Of a stretch of DNA of 64,000 bases, positions 49,895 through 63,518 are shown piece after piece. The stretch covers positions 640,001 to 704,000 of the forward strand of contig CAVOGR010000007.1 in the NCBI GenBank assembly GCA_963695555.1, in the 5' to 3' direction. The stretch is from an uncultured Gemmatimonadales bacterium. GTDB taxonomy: Bacteria; Gemmatimonadota; Gemmatimonadetes; Gemmatimonadales; GWC2-71-9. Position 1 is the first letter of the stretch. Every line of letters starts with the position of its first letter. Made by a program: the position numbers and the translations under genes. Under the pieces are notes generated by a model. That model was not told the DNA's origin, searched no databases, and saw nothing but the letters and a program-made list of their open reading frames with translations.

Positions 49895-50623
49895 ATGCCC
49901 ATGACCTCCTCACCCGAGCCACAAGCCTCCTCTTCCTGGTGGGAAGACTTCCTCGAGATCTTCGTTGCCCCGAGCAAGGTGTTCGCCCGGCGGGAGAAGT
50001 CGAACTTCCTCCTACCCCTCGTCGTTCTCACTGTGCTCATTACGGTGGTGTTCCTGGGAACGCGAGGAGCGATTCAGCCGGCCTACCAGGCGGATGGCGC
50101 GCGACGCATGGCCGCTGCTCTGGAGGCGAATCCACAGCTCACAGCTGAGGCGCTCGAAAGTGGGGCCCGCACCATGGAGCGGTTCATCCCGGTTATTGTC
50201 TTCGTCGCAATGCCGATAACGATCCTCCTCACCGGTCTCTTACTGTGGGTCGCGGGCAAGTTCGTAGGCGCCAAGCAGGCCCTCGGCGCGGCCATGGTTG
50301 TCGCCACGTTCGCCAACTTCCCCAGACTGATCCAATCCCTCGTGCACGGCATCCAAGGGCTCGTGCTCCCGGCTGAGTCGCTCGACGGTATGTCCAGCCT
50401 GAGCATCGGCCCCGCCCGGTTCCTCGACCCGAATCTGGCGTCCCCACTGACGCTCGCGTTGGCCATGCGGGCTGATGTGTTCATCATCTGGGTCACCGTA
50501 CTACTGGCCATCGGCCTCAAGGTGACGGGCCGAGTCACCATGGCCGCGGCGGCCGCGGCGGCCGCCGTGGTTTACGTGGTCGGTGCGTTCCCCACGATCT
50601 TGGGCGCGCTACGCGCGGGATAG
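49895..50623 (+). CDS. Yip1 family membrane protein
   Basis: IFVAPSKVF N-terminal motif, about five TM helices. Confidence 0.78.
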   Translation: MPMTSSPEPQASSSWWEDFLEIFVAPSKVFARREKSNFLLPLVVLTVLITVVFLGTRGAIQPAYQADGARRMAAALEANPQLTAEALESGARTMERFIPVIVFVAMPITILLTGLLLWVAGKFVGAKQALGAAMVVATFANFPRLIQSLVHGIQGLVLPAESLDGMSSLSIGPARFLDPNLASPLTLALAMRADVFIIWVTVLLAIGLKVTGRVTMAAAAAAAAVVYVVGAFPTILGALRAG

Positions 50624-50635
50624 GAGAAGCGGATC

Positions 50636-50905
50636 ATGAGCAGCGGGAAGGTCGCAACGATCGTTGCCATCGTGGCATTCGTCGTCCTGTTGCTCTGGTC
50701 GACCCTGTCGGCTCAACGGGTAGAGTGCGAAGTCTGCGTCGAGTTCCAGGGCCGGCGAAACTGCGCCACCGCGTCGGCCGCCACCGAGGACGAGGCCGCG
50801 CGCTCGGCCCAGACGACCGCGTGCGGTACGCTGGCCGGCGGTATGGCGGAAACGGTGTTCTGCGGCAACGCGACCCCGACGAGCCGCCGCTGCGCGCGGC
50901 GCTAG
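50636..50905 (+). CDS. Small Cys-rich membrane-anchored hypothetical protein
   Basis: AGGAG RBS; N-terminal TM; six Cys including CEVC. Confidence 0.68.
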   Translation: MSSGKVATIVAIVAFVVLLLWSTLSAQRVECEVCVEFQGRRNCATASAATEDEAARSAQTTACGTLAGGMAETVFCGNATPTSRRCARR

Positions 50906-50924
50906 GAGGCGCCGGCCAACATCC

Positions 50925-51383
50925 TCAGTGCATCCCGGCGCGGCTACCGGCCGTCAGGGCCTCCATCACCTTCCGGTCGGCCAACCCGACATGCCGCCCG
51001 AGTTCCTGCCCGTTCCGGAAGGCCATGAGCGTCGGAATGCCGCGAATCTCGAAGCGCTGTGAGAGGGAGGGGTTGGCGTCGGTATCGACCTTGACCACGA
51101 GTACCTGCCCCTTCGAGGCCAAGGCAAACTCGTCGAGCGTGGTGGCCATCATCCGGCACGGGCCACACCAATCCGCGTAGAAATCCACCAGCACCAAAAC
51201 GTCGGTGCCCTGAATGACCCGGTCGAACTCGGTGTGGGAGATCTTGAGCGGACGGTCCAACCGCATCGGAGTGGCACAGTCACCACACTTGGGCAGGTCG
51301 GCCACCCGAGCGGCATCGACCCGATTCAGCTTGCCGCAGAATTGGCACTTGGCAATGAGAAACTGAGCCGCTGCTTCGGCCAT
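50925..51383 (-). CDS. trxC: Thioredoxin 2 with N-terminal zinc finger
   Basis: CQFC..CGDC plus WCGPC; GAGGAG RBS. Confidence 0.88.
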   Translation of the reverse strand: MAEAAAQFLIAKCQFCGKLNRVDAARVADLPKCGDCATPMRLDRPLKISHTEFDRVIQGTDVLVLVDFYADWCGPCRMMATTLDEFALASKGQVLVVKVDTDANPSLSQRFEIRGIPTLMAFRNGQELGRHVGLADRKVMEALTAGSRAGMH

Positions 51384-51580
51384 GATGGAGGGCTCCTCGT
51401 TGGTGTGTCGTAATGGACACAATGTCACGGGGCGTGGGTCTGAAATGGGACAGGCCACCACACGGGCCAGGTGGTCCGTTCAGGGCCCGTCGGCGGGCCT
51501 GTCACCTACCCCGTTCAAGAATAACCAGTTGCGGAAGTGGGGGCCGACCTTGAAGGCCCCCATTTGGGGCGCGGAACCGC

Positions 51581-51595
51581 TGGCACTCAGGTTGC
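51581..51595 (+). promoter_or_regulatory. Sigma54 promoter
   Basis: TGGCAC-TCAGG-TTGC, consensus -24/-12, about 50 nt upstream of the GNAT start. Confidence 0.65.
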
Positions 51596-51646
51596 GTATT
51601 ATATGGTGGGAACGGGGCAGTTCGGGAACGCAGAAGGGAGAGCCGC

Positions 51647-52084
51647 ATGAGCGACGTCACCATTCGAGAGATGGAACAGGACGAGGAGTTCGCGGCCTGG
51701 TTGTCCGATCTCTTACAGGAGGAGGCGCTCACGACCGGGTCCGACTCGCTTGCGGAGGCCAAGTATCTGGCGCTCACCAACGAAATCGGCGACTGGGTCG
51801 GCGGGCTGAGCTACACCCTCCACGGTGGCGTGGCGCACCTCACGGAGATCGCCGTGGCCCCGACGGAACGACACCAGGGGCACGCCCACATGATGTTGGC
51901 TGCGTTCGAGGTCCACGCTCAAGAGAATGAGGCCCACCTGGCTGAATTCTGGACCGACGATCAGCGCTCGGAAGCGCTTCTTGCGGCCCTGGGATGGCGC
52001 GTTGTTCTGCGGCGCCCCAACTACATCGCGGGCCAGACCTGGGCGCTCATGGAGAAGCCCCTCGACGAGGGCCCGGAGGAGTAA
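51647..52084 (+). CDS. GNAT family N-acetyltransferase
   Basis: IAVAPTERHQGHA acetyl-CoA loop, terminal MEKPL. Confidence 0.8.
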   Translation: MSDVTIREMEQDEEFAAWLSDLLQEEALTTGSDSLAEAKYLALTNEIGDWVGGLSYTLHGGVAHLTEIAVAPTERHQGHAHMMLAAFEVHAQENEAHLAEFWTDDQRSEALLAALGWRVVLRRPNYIAGQTWALMEKPLDEGPEE

Positions 52085-52103
52085 TACCCCGGACAGAATA
52101 GCG

Positions 52104-52136
52104 ACGGAGGCGGCCCTGGCCGCCTCCGTTTGTCTT
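52104..52136 (+). terminator. Rho-independent terminator
   Basis: ACGGAGGCGGC-CCTG-GCCGCCTCCGT then TTGTCTT. Confidence 0.75.
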
Positions 52137-52215
52137 GTGGCCACGCCCCTGCCGCGCCCGCGGCATTCCATTAGCTTCAAGCGACGTACCAGACCACCCG
52201 CAGCAATCAGAGGGC

Positions 52216-53193
52216 ATGATGGGTTTGACCGATAGCGCCCGCCGCCTCGTGGCCAAGTTCGAGGTCCTCCAGGATCTCGAGACGAGGGTGCGCGAGCTGA
52301 TGGCGGAGCACGAGGCGAAGCGCCAACTGTGGTTTCCCTCCGAGTTGCTCGGGCCCGACGAGGGCGAGTCCCCCGAAGAGCACACCAAGGAGCTGCGGCG
52401 GCGCGCGGCGGGGATTCCCGATGCGGCGCGAACGGCCATCGCACTCAACCTGCTGACCGAAGAAGGCCTGCCGCATTTCCACCGCATGCTGGCCGTCTAT
52501 CTGGGCGACGACAGTTTCTGGCGTACGTGGAATAACCTCTGGACGGCAGAAGAAGATCGGCACGGGGTGGTGCTGCACGATTACGTCCGCGAATCACACC
52601 TGCTGGACCAGCGCGGCCTCGACAAACTCCAGTTCGAGTATCTGCGGAGCGGGTTCCACCCGGAATGGGATCGCGATCCCTACCGGGTGTTTGCCTACAC
52701 CAGCCTCCAAGAACGAGCCACCCAGCACTCGCATAGCGAGGTCGGAAAGCAAGTGGAGGAATACGAGCCACGGCTGGCCAACGTGCTCCGGCTCGTGGCG
52801 GGAGAAGAGGCGCGCCACTACAGCTTCTACCGCACGATCTTCAGCGAGATCCTGGCGCGTGATCCGAATGAGGCCCTCTACTCCGCATCGCTGATCCTGC
52901 CGTCGCTCCAAATGCCCGGCGTGAACATGCCGGGGTTCAGCAAGTTCGCCGACGTCGTGCGGCGCGCCGGGATTTATGGCCCGCGTGATTATCTCCGCAT
53001 CGCCCAAGAGCAGATCCGCCTCTGGAAGATCGATGGCCTGACCGGACTCAACGAGCTGGGCCAGAAGGCGCAGGAAAAGATCATGGCGATCCCCGAGCGG
53101 CTCAGACGTGTGGCCGACCATATCGAGCTCCGGAGCGACGCGAAGACCTTCAGTTTCGAGGTGGTGTTCAATCGTGAGTTTGCGGTTCCCTGA
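52216..53193 (+). CDS. Soluble di-iron acyl-ACP desaturase
   Basis: NLLTEEGLP, WTAEEDRHG, LQERATQHSH, EEARH. Confidence 0.9.
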   Translation: MMGLTDSARRLVAKFEVLQDLETRVRELMAEHEAKRQLWFPSELLGPDEGESPEEHTKELRRRAAGIPDAARTAIALNLLTEEGLPHFHRMLAVYLGDDSFWRTWNNLWTAEEDRHGVVLHDYVRESHLLDQRGLDKLQFEYLRSGFHPEWDRDPYRVFAYTSLQERATQHSHSEVGKQVEEYEPRLANVLRLVAGEEARHYSFYRTIFSEILARDPNEALYSASLILPSLQMPGVNMPGFSKFADVVRRAGIYGPRDYLRIAQEQIRLWKIDGLTGLNELGQKAQEKIMAIPERLRRVADHIELRSDAKTFSFEVVFNREFAVP

Positions 53194-53647
53194 TCTGCTG
53201 AAGCTTCCGGCACTCGCCCTCGCCGTGGCAGCCTTCGGGTGCGGCGGCGGAGAGAGCGCACCCCCCGCCGGGAGGGCGGCGTCCGGTGCGCCCACCGTGA
53301 CCAAGCAGGTGACCAGAGATGCCCAGGCGCTTGGTCAGGAAATCTTCGAGCTGACGGACCGGACCATGGATTATGTCGGGTCACATCGCGGCCGCCTCCC
53401 CACTTCCCTCCGCGAACTCGGGATCGACAGCCTCACGCCGGCGACCGCGCGCCATCTAATCATTCGAGACAAGATCCCGGTCATCACCGTCGAGTACCGA
53501 CGGCCCGACGGACATCAGCTCGCCGCATGCTCGGGCACCCACGAAGTCCTCGAGCAGTCACTCATTCACGGTGAGTTCCTCCTGACGTGCCGGTGGCCCT
53601 CCGGAGCAGAGGACACGCTGCGCGTGAGCCGGGAGGTCGGCCGCTGA
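53180..53647 (+). CDS. Hypothetical lipoprotein
   Basis: Lipobox AFGC; pilin-like GRLPTSLREL segment and a Cys pair; start uncertain. Confidence 0.6.
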   Translation: MRFPDLLKLPALALAVAAFGCGGGESAPPAGRAASGAPTVTKQVTRDAQALGQEIFELTDRTMDYVGSHRGRLPTSLRELGIDSLTPATARHLIIRDKIPVITVEYRRPDGHQLAACSGTHEVLEQSLIHGEFLLTCRWPSGAEDTLRVSREVGR

Positions 53648-53655
53648 GCATCCTC

Positions 53656-54228
53656 GTGATCGCCCGGGCATTGGTGGCCCTGGCGCTTGTCTATGCCTCC
53701 GCCGTTGCTCTCACCGACTGGGCGATCCGCACCAAGCGGCTGAGCCCCATCGGCGGCTGGCAGCGCTTAATGCGGCGCATCAGCGAACCGGTTATCCTCC
53801 CGCTCGAGCGCCGCGTGATTCGCGCCGGAGGCAATCCCAAGGACGCGCCGTTCTGGCTGTTCGGCCTGGTGGTGGTCGGGGGCCTCGTGCTCCTCGGGCT
53901 GATCAGCTGGGCCGGGCGGCCACTCCATCGCTATGCCCGGATGTTCGCTGCGGGCCCCGGCGGCTGGATGCTGGCACTGGTCGAGATTACGTACACGGTG
54001 CTCACCGTGGCCCTCTTCATCCGGGTGATCGGCACCTGGATCGGGGCCGGAGAGTTCGGCGGGGTGATGCGGCCGGTGCGCAAGCTCACCGACTGGATCG
54101 TCGAGCCCATCCAGCGGGTTCTGCCGCCGTTCGGCATGTTCGACTTGAGTCCCCTTGCCGCCTGGCTCCTGATTCTCTTGGCCCGGACGCTCATGGTGGC
54201 CATCATCACACCGCTCCTGCCCCATTGA
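53656..54228 (+). CDS. YggT family membrane protein
   Basis: LTDWIVEPIQRVLPPFGMFDLSP; start uncertain. Confidence 0.85.
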   Translation: MIARALVALALVYASAVALTDWAIRTKRLSPIGGWQRLMRRISEPVILPLERRVIRAGGNPKDAPFWLFGLVVVGGLVLLGLISWAGRPLHRYARMFAAGPGGWMLALVEITYTVLTVALFIRVIGTWIGAGEFGGVMRPVRKLTDWIVEPIQRVLPPFGMFDLSPLAAWLLILLARTLMVAIITPLLPH

Positions 54229-54518
54229 ACCCAATCAGCGCCACCCGGGACGGCGTCTCCATCCGGGTCCACATTCAACCCCGTGCCTCACGAACCGAAG
54301 TCCTTGGCCTTCATGGCGACGCCCTCAAGATCCGCCTGGCCGCGGCCCCGGTGGATGGGGCCGCCAACGACGCCTTGATCCGACTACTAGCCTCGCTCCT
54401 CGGCGTACCCCGGTCGGCCGTCATTGTCACGAGCGGGCGGTCGGGACGCCGCAAGATGGTCAGCGCGGCGGGAGTGACCCCGTCCCAGGTTGCAGAGGCC
54501 CTAGGCCTCGAACTCTGA
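54225..54518 (+). CDS. DUF167 (YggU) family protein
   Basis: VHIQPRASR, LKIRLAAAPVDGAAN. Confidence 0.9.
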   Translation: MNPISATRDGVSIRVHIQPRASRTEVLGLHGDALKIRLAAAPVDGAANDALIRLLASLLGVPRSAVIVTSGRSGRRKMVSAAGVTPSQVAEALGLEL

Positions 54519-54582
54519 CCGCGTGGCGCGGGCCTTGATTCGAGGCCCAGACGATGTAGACTGTACGATACAATCGAGTCGT

Positions 54583-54633
54583 CCGTGGTGATTTGCGCAG
54601 CTTGCGGCCACGCTAAACAAACCGCTAAAACGC
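54583..54633 (+). ncRNA. SAM-II (SAM-alpha type) riboswitch aptamer
   Basis: CCGUGG-UGAUUUG..CUUGCG-GCCACG-CUAAACAA..GCUAAA; P1 CGUGG/CCACG; directly upstream of metH. Confidence 0.8.
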
Positions 54634-54637
54634 CCGG

Positions 54638-54669
54638 CCCGGAGCGCTTTAGCTTCGGGTTCTTGCATT
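54638..54669 (+). terminator. Candidate riboswitch-controlled terminator
   Basis: CCCGGAGC-GCTTTA-GCTTCGGG then TTCTTGCATT. Confidence 0.5.
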
Positions 54670-54682
54670 GTAGGAGTCACCG

Positions 54683-54738
54683 TTGACCGAGTCTTTCGAG
54701 CCAATCCTGCTGCCGGCCGCACCTGGCCACCCCGCTCC

Positions 54739-54748
<10 letters not shown>
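54683..54748 (+). CDS. Candidate 21-aa leader ORF coupled to metH
   Basis: AGGAG 6 nt before [24 protein letters not shown]; its TGA overlaps metH-frame GTG 54745. Confidence 0.35.
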
Positions 54749-58470
<3,722 letters not shown>

Positions 58471-58487
<17 letters not shown>

Positions 58488-60326
58488 GCTGCTCGACGAC
58501 GGTCGCGTCCATGTGATGGACGGCGCCATGGGTACCGAGCTCTACAACCGGGGGTTCTTCGTCAACGTGTGCTACGACGAGCTGAACCTCACCGAGCCCG
58601 ACCTGGTCCGCGAGGTACACGAAGCGTACGTCGCCGCCGGAGCCGAGATCATCGAGACCAACACGTTCGGGGCCAATCCGGTCAAGCTGTCGAGCTTCGG
58701 GTTGGACGAGCGTACCGAAGAAGTCAATCGCGCCGCGGTGCTCATCGCTCGCGCCGCGGTTCGCGGACGGGCCAGCGTGGTCGGCGCCATCGGCCCACTC
58801 GGCATCCGAATCGAGCCCTGGGGCCCGACATCCAGGGAAGAAGCCCGTGCCTTCTTTGCCCGTCAGGTGCGCGGTCTGCTCGAGGGCGAGGTCGACGGTT
58901 TTCTGCTCGAGACCTTCAGCGATCTCGATGAACTCCGCCAGGCCCTGCACGCTGTCCGTGACGCGAGCGACCTGCCGGTGATTGCGCAGGTGACCATCGG
59001 AGCCGACGAGAACACCACGTTCGGCACGTCGGTCGAGACCGTCGCCACCCGGCTCACCGAGTGGGGCGCCGACGTGGTCGGCCTCAACTGCTCCGTCGGC
59101 CCGGCCGTCATGCTCGACGCCATCGAACGGATGGCCGAGGTAACCGACCGGCCGCTCTCGGCACAGCCCAACGCCGGGCTGCCTCGCGCCGTGGGCGATC
59201 GTCAGCATGTACTTGGCGAGCCCGGAGTACATGGCCCAATACGCCAAGCGCATGATTCAGGCGGGTGCCCGCTTCGTGGGGGGATGTTGCGGTACGACCC
59301 CGGAGCACATCAAGAAGATTGCAGGCCACGTCGCGAGCCTCCAACCACGGCTCACCACCGTGTCCACCCCCACCGCGGAGCATGCGGCGCATCGAGTGGA
59401 GCCGGTTCCCCTCGCCAGTCGATCGGCCTGGGGCCGGAAGCTTGCCACGGGCGAGTTCGTGACCAGCGTCGAGATCCTGCCACCCAAGGGCTGGGATGCC
59501 ACTCCCATGCTCGAGGCGTGCCGGTCGCTCGCCGCATGCGGCGTCGATGCATTGAACGTGGTCGACACCCCGCGGGCGCAGAGCCGCATGGGGGCGCTGC
59601 CTGCCGCGCTCATTATCCAGAGCAAATTGGGTCTCGAAACGGTACTCCACTACACGTGCCGCGACCGCAACATGCTCGGCATGCTGAGCGACCTGCTCGG
59701 CGCGGCCGCAGGCGGTCTCCACAACCTCTTGCTCGTCACCGGTGACCCGCCGACCATGGGGCCCTACCCCGACTCCACGGCCGTGTTCGACATCGACAGC
59801 ATCGGACTCACGAACGTGGCGCACCGGCTGAACCAGGGGCTCGACCCGGGCGGTAACCCGATCGGCGCGCCAACCGAGTTCGTCGTGGGAGTGGCGCTCA
59901 ACCAGAGCGCTTCCGACCTGGAGCGGGAAGTGAGTCGCTACGCGTGGAAGGTCGATGCCGGCGCGGAGTTCGCGGTCACCCAGCCGGTGTTCGAACCGGC
60001 ACGAACTCGAGGCGTTCCTCGAGCGCATCGCCGACCGGGCCATTCCCATCATTGCCGGTATCTGGCCGCTCACGTCGCTTCGGAGCGCGGAGTTCCTGGA
60101 GAACGAGGTACCCGGGGTCCATGTGCCGGCGCCGCTCATCGATCGCATGCGCGCGGCGCAGGAACGGGGTCCCGAGTCGGCCCGGGCGGAAGGTGTCGCG
60201 ATCGCCTGCGAGGTGTTCGAGCGGGTTCGCGGATTGGTGCAGGGGATCCACGTGAGCGCACCGTTCGGCCGGGTCGAGCCGGCCCGGGCGGTACTCGAGC
60301 GGATCAGCGCTCCAGCGTCTCCATGA
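58471..60326 (+). CDS. yitJ: Bifunctional homocysteine S-methyltransferase / methylenetetrahydrofolate reductase (YitJ-like), two +1 breaks
   Basis: [54 protein letters not shown]; breaks near 59202 and 60000. Confidence 0.88.
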
Positions 60327-61182
60327 TGCGGCGGTAGCGCCGGTCCACGCCGCCGAAGCCCAGATTGCTCACATAGACCTTGGTTGCGCCGAGGTCGCGC
60401 AATGCCTGGATGGTGCGCACGCACATCTCCTCGGCCGTGACTCCGGCCTCGAACTCGCGCGTCACCGCTTCGGCGGGCACCGGCAAAAATGTGGCGAGCC
60501 GAGCCAGGGTCTTCGGGTTGGCGCTGCGATAGGCGAAGACACCGAACACCATCGGCAACTGCACGCCCCGCTGCGCGGCTCGATTCAAGAACCGCTCCAC
60601 CACCCCCAGCTCGTGATGTGACACGATCTGAGTCAGGAAGAAGTCGGCGGCGAAGCTCTCCTCGAGCAGGAAATCGACCTGCTCGTCGGGGTCGCGATGC
60701 GGATTGGACCATCCGCCGAGCCGCAGACCGGGAACCCGCTCGCGCAGCACCCGCCGGAGGGCCGAGGCGTGGGGCACGCAGCGCGGAGGTCCGACGGTCC
60801 GGTCGCCCCCGACCACGGTGAGCGCCTGGAATCCGAACGAGGCGGCCCGGGTCGCGTGCAGCACGCAGTAGTCGAGCGAATGCTTGCAAGTCAGGAACGG
60901 CACCACGATCGCGGGATCGACGTCCGTTGCCAGGTTCGCCGTCAGGTGCGCCAGGTTCTCCTCCTCGGACTGCCCCACCGCATTGTCCGTGAGGAAGATC
61001 AGCGTGTCCTGCCGGGCCAGCCGCTGGATGGAGTGGTACATGTCGATCCAGACGTCCATGCTCTCGGCGTAGGACATCCCGCTCCGCGGCGGGCGGAGCT
61101 CGACCGCGACCAGGGGACGATCGTCTCGAAGGCGGTCGAGGAATCGAGACTGGGGTGGCACAGGGGCCTGGGGCATCGCCAT
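60304..61182 (-). CDS. Methylenetetrahydrofolate reductase-like protein (divergent)
   Basis: VELRPP, LTDN, PFLTC, VGGD, SNP, FLTQ follow the MTHFR motif order. Confidence 0.68.
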   Translation of the reverse strand: MAMPQAPVPPQSRFLDRLRDDRPLVAVELRPPRSGMSYAESMDVWIDMYHSIQRLARQDTLIFLTDNAVGQSEEENLAHLTANLATDVDPAIVVPFLTCKHSLDYCVLHATRAASFGFQALTVVGGDRTVGPPRCVPHASALRRVLRERVPGLRLGGWSNPHRDPDEQVDFLLEESFAADFFLTQIVSHHELGVVERFLNRAAQRGVQLPMVFGVFAYRSANPKTLARLATFLPVPAEAVTREFEAGVTAEEMCVRTIQALRDLGATKVYVSNLGFGGVDRRYRRIMETLER

Positions 61183-61218
61183 AACCTAATATGCCCGAGC
61201 GAGATGACCCCCGGGTAA

Positions 61219-61247
61219 TTGAACCCGCTCAACGGACCGGGTATTAT
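61219..61247 (+). promoter_or_regulatory. Sigma70-type promoter
   Basis: TTGAAC-17 nt-TATTAT upstream of 61304. Confidence 0.55.
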
Positions 61248-61303
61248 CACGCCCAGGCTCGAATCTCCAGGACCACGCGGTCCTGCCATCAGAAAGCGTC
61301 CTC

Positions 61304-62471
61304 ATGACTACTGGCCTAGCTGACGTACCCGTTCCCCTCACCAAGCTCTCCGAAGAAGAGGTCCTCTTTAAGGAAACCGTGCGCGAGTTTGCGGAGACCG
61401 AGATCCGGCCGCACGTCACGGCCATGGACGAGGCCGCGGAGTTCAACCTCGATATTCTGCCCAAGTTCTTCGCGCTCGGCCTCATGGGAATCGAGGTTCC
61501 CAGAGCAACATGGCGGCGCGGGCGGGAGCTTCTCCCTCGCGACCCTCGCCATCGAGGAGCTGGCCCGGGTGGACGCCTCGGCCTCGATCTACGTCGATGT
61601 CCACAACACCCTGGTCAACAATTGCGTGCTTCGCTGGGGCAACGAAGAGCAGCATGCACGGTATCTGCCACGCCTCGCCGGCGACACCTTGGGTGCGTTT
61701 GCCCTGTCCGAAGCCGGCAGCGGCAGCGACGCCTTTGCCCTAGCCTGCAAGGCCGACCAGAAGGGCGATCATTGGGAACTCACCGGCCAGAAGCTTTGGA
61801 TCACCAACGGCGCGGAAGCGGGTCTCTACATCGTATTCGCCAACACCGATTTCTCTCAGGGCTATAAGGGCATCACCGCCTTCCTGGTCGAGCGTGATTT
61901 CGAAGGGTTTTCGGTCGGGAAGCGCGAGAAGAAGCTCGGCATCCGCGCCTCCAGCACCACGGAACTCATCCTCGAGAACTGCAAGGTGCCGAAGGAGAAC
62001 GTGCTCGGCCCGGTGGGCAAGGGCTACAAGATTTCGATCGAGACGCTGAACGAGGGCCGGATCGGAATCGGGGCCCAGATGATCGGCATCGCCAAGGGCG
62101 CCCTCGAGGCCGCGACCCAGTTCTGCAAGGAACGGGAGCAATTCGGCAAGCCCGTCGCCGAGTTCCAGGGGGTGCAGTTCCAGCTAGCCCAGATGGACAC
62201 CGAACTCGAGGCCGCGCGTCTCACGGTCTACAACGCCGCGCGGCTCAAGGACGCGGGTCTACCCTTCGTACGCGAAGCTGCCATCGCCAAGCTGTTCAGC
62301 TCCCAGGTAGCGGAGCGGGTCACCTCGGTCTGCGTCGACCTGTTCGGCGGCTACGGATATTCCCGGGAGTATCCGGTGGAGAAGTTCTATCGCGACGCCA
62401 AGATCGGCACCATCTACGAGGGCACCAGCAACATGCAGTTGCAGACCATTGCGAAGATGATGCTGAAGTAG
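61304..62471 (+). CDS. Short/branched-chain acyl-CoA dehydrogenase, one +1 break at CCC 61499-61501
   Basis: FALSEAGSGSDA, KLWITNG, REQFGKP, RDAKIGTIYEGTSNMQ. Confidence 0.9.
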
Positions 62472-62499
62472 GGACTAGGGAGTAGGAGTAGGGAGTAGG
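62469..62499 (+). repeat. Short tandem heptamer repeat TAGGGA(G/C)
   Basis: TAGGGAC-TAGGGAG-TAGGAG-TAGGGAG-TAGG starting at the stop codon. Confidence 0.75.
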
Positions 62500-62501
62500 T
62501 G

Positions 62502-62533
62502 AGCGGGGCGACGTAAGCCGCCCCGCTTTGTTG
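62502..62533 (+). terminator. Rho-independent terminator
   Basis: AGCGGGGCG-ACGTAAGC-CGCCCCGCT then TTGTTG. Confidence 0.7.
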
Positions 62534-62612
62534 TCGTAGTACTGGAGGACGACCCGGTGGCGGCCACGACGCGGGCAGAATAGAATCCACCATCACTCTT
62601 CCAGAGGACACC

Positions 62613-63518
62613 ATGCGGAGGACACTAGCGGCGTTTGCCGTCTTCCTGACCCTCGGGTGCGCGAGGCAGGACACCCCGGCCCCGAAGGTACTGCTCATCG
62701 GGCTCGACGGCGTGCGGGTCGACGTCCTCGCCGCCGCCTCGACCCCCGTCATCGATTCGCTGATTGCCGGGGGTTTCTTCAGCGATAGCGCCATCACCCG
62801 CCAACGGACCGTGAGCGGGCCCGGGTGGAGCAGCATGCTGACCGGCGCCGGGCAGGACAAGCACCGGGTGCGGAACAACGATTTCCGGAACAACGCCTAC
62901 CCCTCCTACCCGGACTTCCTGACCCGCCTCGAGCAGATCGACACAGCCTACACCACGCTCGCTGTCGTCGATTGGCCGCCACTGGGGGATACGACCGACG
63001 GCGGACCCCTGATCGGCGATGCGGTCGACACCAAGATCCTGATCAACGGCGACGCAGAAGAGTACGACCGGGCCGACTCGCTGAGCGTCGTGGCCGCAAT
63101 CGACCACCTGGCCGACCCCGCCCTCGACGCGGCGTTCGTCTACCTCGGCAACATCGACGTCGTGGGACACGAGACCAGCTCGCTCTCGGCCGAGTACCGT
63201 GCGGCGGTCGAGACGGCGGACCGCCAGGTGGGCATGCTGCTCGACGCGCTCCGACGGCGGCCCGAGTACGCCCGGGAAGATTGGCTCATCCTTCTTTCGA
63301 CCGACCACGGGCGCACCGATGACGGCGGCCACGGAGGCGAGTCACCAGCGGAACGGAATATCTTCTTCTTGGCATCCGGACCGTCCGTCCGTGCCGGCCC
63401 AATCGAAGGCGTACCGCACATCGTCGATGTGGCCGTCACGGCCCTCACCCACCTCGGTGTCGCAATCGACCCGGCGTGGGGGTTGGATGGACGGGCGATC
63501 GGATTACGGGCTCGTTAG
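62613..63518 (+). CDS. Alkaline phosphatase superfamily (NPP-like) lipoprotein
   Basis: Lipobox TLGC; IGLDGVR, TVSGPGWSSMLTG, DVVGH, STDHG. Confidence 0.85.
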   Translation: MRRTLAAFAVFLTLGCARQDTPAPKVLLIGLDGVRVDVLAAASTPVIDSLIAGGFFSDSAITRQRTVSGPGWSSMLTGAGQDKHRVRNNDFRNNAYPSYPDFLTRLEQIDTAYTTLAVVDWPPLGDTTDGGPLIGDAVDTKILINGDAEEYDRADSLSVVAAIDHLADPALDAAFVYLGNIDVVGHETSSLSAEYRAAVETADRQVGMLLDALRRRPEYAREDWLILLSTDHGRTDDGGHGGESPAERNIFFLASGPSVRAGPIEGVPHIVDVAVTALTHLGVAIDPAWGLDGRAIGLRAR

